DNA of 56,660 bases, counting the filler, from Sphacelaria rigidula (lineage: Eukaryota): NCBI GenBank assembly GCA_964200075.2. It is 7 parts of 7 records of this genome, joined end to end, with 100 filler letters (N's around TTAATTAATTAA, not from the genome) between each part and the next. Parts side by side here need not be neighbours in the genome. Positions count along the whole stretch, not along the records: positions 48,653 to 56,660 come from CAXNAA020012666.1; 6 more parts are not named here. The stretch is one strand, 5' to 3'. This document shows positions 50,497-56,660 of the stretch, piece after piece. The notes beneath the pieces are model-generated. The model saw only the letters and a list, made by a program, of their open reading frames with translations, was not told the DNA's origin and did not search any database. The position numbers were made by a program, and so were the translations under genes. How positions within the stretch are numbered: position 1 is the stretch's first letter; every line of letters starts with the position of its first letter.

Positions 50497-51935
50497 GCAC
50501 GTGACGTCCCAGACGGATATATTTAATTACCTTAATTTTTCTTACTCCGTCTCCGTCTGGGACATCCATCTTGAATACCCATCTGGAATGTATATATATA
50601 TATATATACACCTGGGATATCCACGTCCATCTGGGATGTTCATCTGGGATATGGACATCCATCTGAGGCATCGACGTGAATGTTGGGTGACGACGTCCAT
50701 TTGGGATACAGAGTAGTTTTCACGTAACAATTAGGGTATTTCGTCATTTTTCATCGTCGGCGGTTTTTAATAACTTTTTTCTTGTGACACCGCTCGTCTC
50801 CGTGAACACTTGATCCCGAACTTTGGGAATCGGGAGACACTAGGCATCCGCTCCACATTCCGGAACAAAAGTTATCTCTGCGCTCCATATTGAACGACTT
50901 ACGGGGTGAAACGACAGGGGGTGTTTAACCATTTTTGGTCCAAAACATAATACTTTTCGGCTCTAGCGCAATGAATAAGTAAAATGAAGAAAATACAAAG
51001 TCTGTAAAATTGTTCACGAGAGCGATCGGGAATGGTTAACCCCTCTCCCGACGGCCCCCCCTGTGCTATGCATAGCTCGATTGGGCAATCTTCGTGGTTA
51101 GATACTTTCTGAATTTTCTCGAATAGTGTTCTTCCTTGGTAATCAAATATCCTAGCACCAATAGATGTTGGAGGGGGGGAAGCAGGTGGTGCTCAGGACA
51201 CAATCATCAAGTTAGTACTGTCGAGGCGATACGAAGTAAGTACCTCGTTTTTCAGGGCATGTTGTCGACTGTCACTTGTGCAAAAAAACACAGTTTTGCG
51301 GCTCTAGCGCAATGAATAGGTGCAAAGAAATACAAAAAAGCGTGCATTTATATTTGTTCACAAGAACGATCGGGATTGCTCCAACGAGGAAGAATACCCA
51401 ATGGTCAGAACCTGGGGCTGTGTAGTCGCATGTAAGACCCCCGGAAACCGGTCAGCCCGTAAGTCGTTTAACATGGAGTGCAGAGATGATTTTGTTGTGG
51501 AGCGGACGCCTAGTATCTCCCGATCCCCAAACTTTGGGATCAAACGTCCACATGGACGAGCGGCGGCACGCGAAAAAACTATCGAAAGTGACCGAACACG
51601 AAGGATAAAAAAACAACTGTAGAGTACTACTGTGTATACGCCCCTCTGGGATGTTTGTATATCCACCATGCGAGATATGGACATCCATCTGATATTTGAA
51701 CATCCATCTGAGATTTGAATATCCATCTGGAGTGTCCGCATGGGCTATCCATTTGGGATACGAATGTCCCCGGTGGACGTTGAAACCCCGGAGGGGTGTC
51801 CATACCCGGGATCGGTGTTTATATCCCAGACCGTTGTCCATATCCTAGATGGATGTCCGAGGCGGATATCTACATCTCAGATGGACATCTGAGATGGGTC
51901 TGGTATCCCAGGTGGATATTCTAGATGGGGGTTAC
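50497..51935. mobile_element. Element with CATCCATCT/AGATGGATG repeats, split by a nested MITE
   Basis: Repeated GGACATCCATCTG at ~50560-50705 and ~51650-51760; inverted AGATGGA copies at ~51845-51930. Confidence 0.6.
50709..51634. mobile_element. Nested TA-flanked (Tc1/mariner-type) MITE
   Basis: TA|CAGAGTAGT...ACTACTGTG|TA; inner inverted arms ~50810-50906 / ~51455-51543; direct repeat CGGCTCTAGCGCAATGAATA twice. Confidence 0.65.
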
Positions 51936-54065
51936 ACAACAATCCAAGGCCTGGAACTCCTGTCAGTTCAACCCATTGTTGGGCAACTGCAACACGCTAT
52001 GGGGCCGTGTGAGTCGGGATCACGCACACCGCTTGTGGTGATGTTCCATACCCTGGACAAAATATCATTGTCAAAAGGAGTGTACTGCTGACAGTATTGG
52101 CTATTGCGTCGATTGCAATAGATAGCAAACTCCATACTGTACGCAGTACATTTGAAATGCTATCTAATGCCGAGGGTGTTCATGTATAGCATCTAAGTAT
52201 CGCGGCCCCCAAGCACGAACTACAGCATCGTGCAGCTACAACGTCCACAAGGCTGGTGAATAAGGCCAACCTGTTCACCATTATGCGATGAAGGTAAGAG
52301 CCTAATTTTTCATCCCCCTCCCGGCGTGAAGACGGTCAATTTGTTGACTGAAGATACTTCTCTTCTCGCGTTCGCAGTCGAAGGGTCAAGGGAGGAGAGT
52401 TGTGTTCAGTGGCGCGTCCTATTACTGACGGTACGTGCCACCCCTGATCGATCTCTTCGCGGAACTCTATAAATAAGTTTGACGGGGAAAACTGAGGCCG
52501 TGACAAGATCCGCAAGGACAACATGAATGCAGCTGCTGATCGTGGAAGTTAAGCGTTTGTACAAACCCAAGACAGTGCTCCACAGGTAGCGCCACTACTG
52601 TAGAACTCTTAGTGGGCGCGAGGCTCAGGTTCTTTTTTCTCTGTGGGCTATCAACAGCCACTCTATAAAGCTTCTAGTTTGTGGTTATCACTCAAGTATC
52701 ACAAGTTGTGCTTCAGTTCTTCTATTTTGACAAGTTTGAGGCTCAAGATATTGACCCTCTGACCGCCTGCTGGGCTGGTCGTCTGCTGAACCGACATCAC
52801 TTTCACTAGTGAAAAATTGATGCGGGACCCAGATGACCTACCCTGGCCGTCAACGGGTCAACTGCCAAGTTCTTCGGTCGTGGCTACCCTCGAACGGATT
52901 TGGCGCTCACCCGCTCTGTTAGTTCGGAGTCCCTGAGAAACATGTCTGCCTGTGCCGACTAATGTACATACACCAATAGCACTCCCGTGCTTCTTGCATA
53001 CACGTGGATCTAAAGCATCAAGACGTTGACGGACACAAGTGTACCCGTCTCGTGCGACACGATGTTGGCTTTCCGGCACGTACCATGGTGTCACGCTGTA
53101 CTCGTTGTGAGGGCCGGAAGCGTGCGGGCGACCCCGCCTACCTGTACGCCAAGCGTTTACGAAGCACGCTTTTTACTGCACCTTGGTCGTAGCATTCGAC
53201 ACTCTGCTCACAGCATGTGCAATGTGAGCTGTACGGCCTCGAAAGCTTCAAAGTGGACCAGCTACACCAAGCAAATATCTTGATGAGACATGCTGCTACC
53301 AACATCATGGATTCGGAAATAAACACAGGCACTCGTTTTGACTGTTGACGTTGTCGCGCTGGATCGCTGAACAAGATGGAGCACTTATCATGCTGTGTCT
53401 GCTTTCAGATAACCCCATACATCGATCGAAGAATCTGAACGCTTACCTCCTGTCAACACCAACGTTTGTAGAAGGAGTCGCGCTGAAATGGGGGTGTACT
53501 GCTGTACAGCATCGCCACTCTGGCGTCTCAAAACAGTGTAAATGTTCAACCACATGTGCCTGACTGCTCACACTCGCGGTCAAGGACAGAAATTCCAGGC
53601 GTTCAAGTTGCACCTCGCGCGCACCCTATATACTCACTATGCCACTCTGCATTTTGGTATTCTAATATCGGCACACGTGCCCTACGTGTCGGGTTATTGT
53701 CGCGTATTCCAATACATCTCTATATTATCGAGAGATGACCACAATGGCCCACGCAGGAATGCGGCTACCCACACCGACCGTCAAGTACATGTTCAACAAC
53801 CCCAGCGGTATGAGCACTCCGCAATATTTATGTTCCTTTTAAGTTAGTTCCCCCGTTGTGGCGTGACCCATGTCGCTATCGTGGGAAACATCGCAAGGTG
53901 TGAAATGCAAAACCCCGTCATCGCGCCCATACCATATCGTATGGAGCGCACGCGCAAGGTGAAGATTTAGAACTAAGGTGACGGGTGACGCCTGTACCGA
54001 TACTATTTGCCCGCGGTAGATGTACGTGAGTGAATCAACAATAATAAGTATGAAGTTGTATACGG

Positions 54066-54282
54066 TGTAATGCGTGAGAGGACCGCGTGCTTAGAGGACC
54101 ACGCCGTAGTCCAAAACACCCCAGGATCGACGTTGTTCGAAACCAATCGAACCAGTCCCTGCAGGTACCACGCACCTGACCCTAACCCCAACACTAACCC
54201 TAACCCTGACCCTGACCCTAACCATAGGGATGTTCAAATTCCGATGCGGTCCTCTAAGCACGCGGTCCTCTCACGCATTACA
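54066..54282 (+). mobile_element. Ginger-type MITE with internal telomere-like array, copy 1
   Basis: 37-bp TIR TGTAATGCGTGAGAGGACCGCGTGCTTAGAGGACCGC; TSD ACGG/ACGG; eight CCTAAC-like units. Confidence 0.9.
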
Positions 54283-54703
54283 ACGGGTCGGTAGGTCTGG
54301 CCGACTCCATCGTGAAGCAAAGGTGGACCCAAACAGTATCGCGGTCTGAGCAGTCAGATGCCGACAAATGTCGAACAGGACAGCAAGCAGCAGCGTCGCA
54401 GTGGCAGTGCAAGCGACTTCGTATTCGAGAAGAAAAACTTCGGAGGAAAGATTTCCCACCAACCTGTGGACTAATTTGTCTGCAGCACATGGAGTACTGT
54501 AGCACTCGTTGCAACCGCAGTGAGGGGATGATTCGCTTCGAAAAAATGACACGAGCCAAAACACGCGGCTACCGTGACTTGAGCTGTCGCACTCAGTCAG
54601 GTATCACTCTATGTTCTATGCAGTTCAGTCGTAGCAACACCGTTTGAGGAGAGCAGTGTAGGGCGCTGAACGCAAACCTCTGTTGGCATGGTGATGGCAG
54701 TAC

Positions 54704-54920
54704 TGTAATGCGTGAGAGGACCGCGTGCTTAGAGGACCGCATCGGGATTTGAACATCCCTATGGTTAAGGTTAGGGTTAGGGTTAGGGTTAGTGTTGGGG
54801 TTAGGGTTAGGGGCGTGGTACCTCCAGGGACTGATCCGATTGGTTTTGAAAAACGTCGATGCTGAGGTGTTTTGAACTACGGCGCGGTCCTCCAAGCACG
54901 CGGTCCTCTCACGCATTACA
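54704..54920 (-). mobile_element. Ginger-type MITE with telomere-like array, copy 2 (inverted)
   Basis: Same TIR; TSD GTAC/GCAC; eight units read as GGTTAG on the plus strand. Confidence 0.9.
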
Positions 54921-55297
54921 GCACTACAAAAAAGAGATTTAGTGGCACATAGCAATCTCGATCCTCGGTGGGGAGTTTGACGCTTTCTATCGGGCCCAAT
55001 ATTCTGAAGTCACTCCCACCTCGACGATGATTGTTGCTGGCGGTGTGGTTCTTCATGAGATAGGGGAGCCGGGAGCGGTCCTGAACAAACATCGGAGAAT
55101 GTTGACCGGAAAGCTGCTCTCGTCGCGTGCGGAGTCAGAAATAGCTCGAATACCGAAGCCTCGATCAAAAACCAGAGATTGCACGAATCATGTTGGGGCA
55201 GGTGGCGACGTTTTGTGTACAGGTTGACTGCCATGGCGTTCAGGGAGCCCTCACAGATGCGTTGGATGTAGACCTCTTCTGGCGTTCGTGACTGTAC

Positions 55298-55496
55298 TGT
55301 AATGCGTGAAAGGACCGCGTGCTTAGAGGACCGCGCCGTAGTTCAAAACACCGCAGGATCGATGTTTTTCAAAACCAATCGGGCCAGTCCCTGCAGGTAC
55401 CACGCCCCTGACCATAACCCCAACACTAACCCTAACCATGGGGATGTTCAAATTCCGATGCGGTCCTCTAAGCACGCGGTCCTATCACGCATTACA
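55298..55496 (+). mobile_element. Ginger-type MITE with telomere-like array, copy 3
   Basis: Same TIR; TSD GTAC/GTAC; five units (199 bp vs 217 bp). Confidence 0.9.
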
Positions 55497-56220
55497 GTAC
55501 TGTACTTGTACCGTTGCAGGTACCTAGGGAACGTCTCTTGTTGAGGCGGCAGCAAATACAAAACGGCAGCATGAGAGGTTTTCCACGCCTTCGGGACACT
55601 GACTTCCATTGCTGGGTGCTTGTGGAGATGGCACGAGAGCTGATGATAATATATCCATCAGCTGCATGGAGCGGACCAGACCTAGGCGTTGATGAGAGGT
55701 GGGGACGCTTTTCCGGGGGTACCGCATTGTTGCACAAACAGACCGTGCAGTATGCCAAACGACACGCGCTATCCTCACCGTACTGCTTCTGTTTTCCATT
55801 AGGATCCCTACAATGAACTCCGCCCCACAAGGTGCATAACATATCCCATACTCACTGAGGGAGATCCTGCTACTACTTACTTACTACGCTGCTTGTGTGC
55901 CCACCGTCGAGGTTATATATAGTGGAAGCGCTCCTCCCGCGCAGTTTGCGGTCCCCACCAACACAAATTCGCGTGGAAGTCTGCTCGTACACGCACATAT
56001 ATATTCATCTTGAAAGAAAGGTATTGCATGCTGCTTTTTTTCATATAAAAGTTTGGATCGAGGAACTCTTCTAGTAGAAGGAACGTTTATAAATAATATA
56101 GGGGTTTGTCCATTACAACGGTACCTCTCAAATCCCGTGTGCATTTCACCTTGATCACGTTGACCCTTTCAGCGCCCGCGGATAAGGTTACCCCAGTCAG
56201 GCTTTCTTTTCATTTTTTGG

Positions 56221-56586
56221 ATGTGTGTCTTGTTGTGCTGTCGTCCCATCTATTCTGGACACCGGTCTACACCTTTCGGTATATGTGGGCGCACCAGCCG
56301 GGGTCACACAGGAGGAAGGTCAACACAGGAGTTCTTTTTTGTTCATTGTTTTTAGTATTCCACCTTCTTCCTCCTGTGGTGCTTGCCTTTATTTTTAATC
56401 GCGAGAGGGGTACAGCAGTCCCTTTCCCTCGTCGACCGTTGAGTCCAATTTTGTTTACCTACAACATAGTCGCTCTCTACTGTTGGGCATGGTGTGAAAA
56501 AATCGCAGCTCGCTCCGAAATTTGAACCCACGACCCAACCGTTAGAAGGCTTCGAGGTTACCAACTGAGCCACCGGGGCGACCGGC
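56221..56586 (-). mobile_element. Full-length tRNA-derived SINE
   Basis: Minus-strand A box TGGCTCAGTTGG, B box GGTTCAAATT, family body and AC tail. Confidence 0.88.
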
Positions 56587-56590
56587 TACA

Positions 56591-56660
56591 AACAGCCAAT
56601 CATCTATGTTGAGGATGGTGCTTTTGATTGAGGATGAGAACCCGGAGGATTAAAATCTTC
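56591..56660. mobile_element. Terminal part of a palindromic MITE at the contig end
   Basis: Near-identical to 7941-8009. Confidence 0.7.

Larger units (their letters stand above)
52340..55220 (+). pseudogene. Heavily decayed DDE transposase, Sola(3)-like, interrupted by three MITEs
   Basis: Ordered plus-strand fragments RSLRG...TGKTEA (~52450), RCTRCE (~53095), FQAFKLHLART (~53590), EQDSKQ (~54375), HEIGEPG...NVDRKAA...NHVGAGGDV (~55055-55215). Family assignment is from recalled motifs only. Confidence 0.4.

Noticed and set aside
54170-54812. True telomere or chromosome end
   Set aside because: Arrays are short, degenerate and enclosed by TIRs and TSDs.

Overview
Eukaryotic, intron-rich, transposon-rich DNA, most likely from a brown alga (stramenopile; inferred from a heterokont-type bipartite plastid presequence and the gene structure). 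The window is not one locus. It is seven contigs of 8009/8009/8009/8009/8008/8008/8008 bp joined by artificial 100-bp N44-TTAATTAATTAA-N44 linkers, so no linkage across linkers can be assumed. Host genes, all partial: a head-to-head pair of plastid uroporphyrinogen-III C-methyltransferase (SUMT/UPM1, minus) and RIO2 kinase (plus); a near-complete NRT2 nitrate transporter with a GC-AG intron; five internal exons of DNA-PKcs covering the ABCDE autophosphorylation cluster; and the last exon of a MAPKKK-like kinase. The rest is a nested mosaic of tRNA-derived SINEs, many MITE/foldback families, a deleted Ty3/gypsy element, a decayed RTE-type LINE and decayed Zator-like, Sola-like, hAT and piggyBac transposase remnants. 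The most unusual item is a cluster of three TGT...ACA, 4-bp-TSD (Ginger-type) MITEs, each carrying an internal telomere-like (CCCTAA)n array of variable length. No prokaryote-type system (CRISPR etc.) was seen. All assignments were made by eye; no searches were run.
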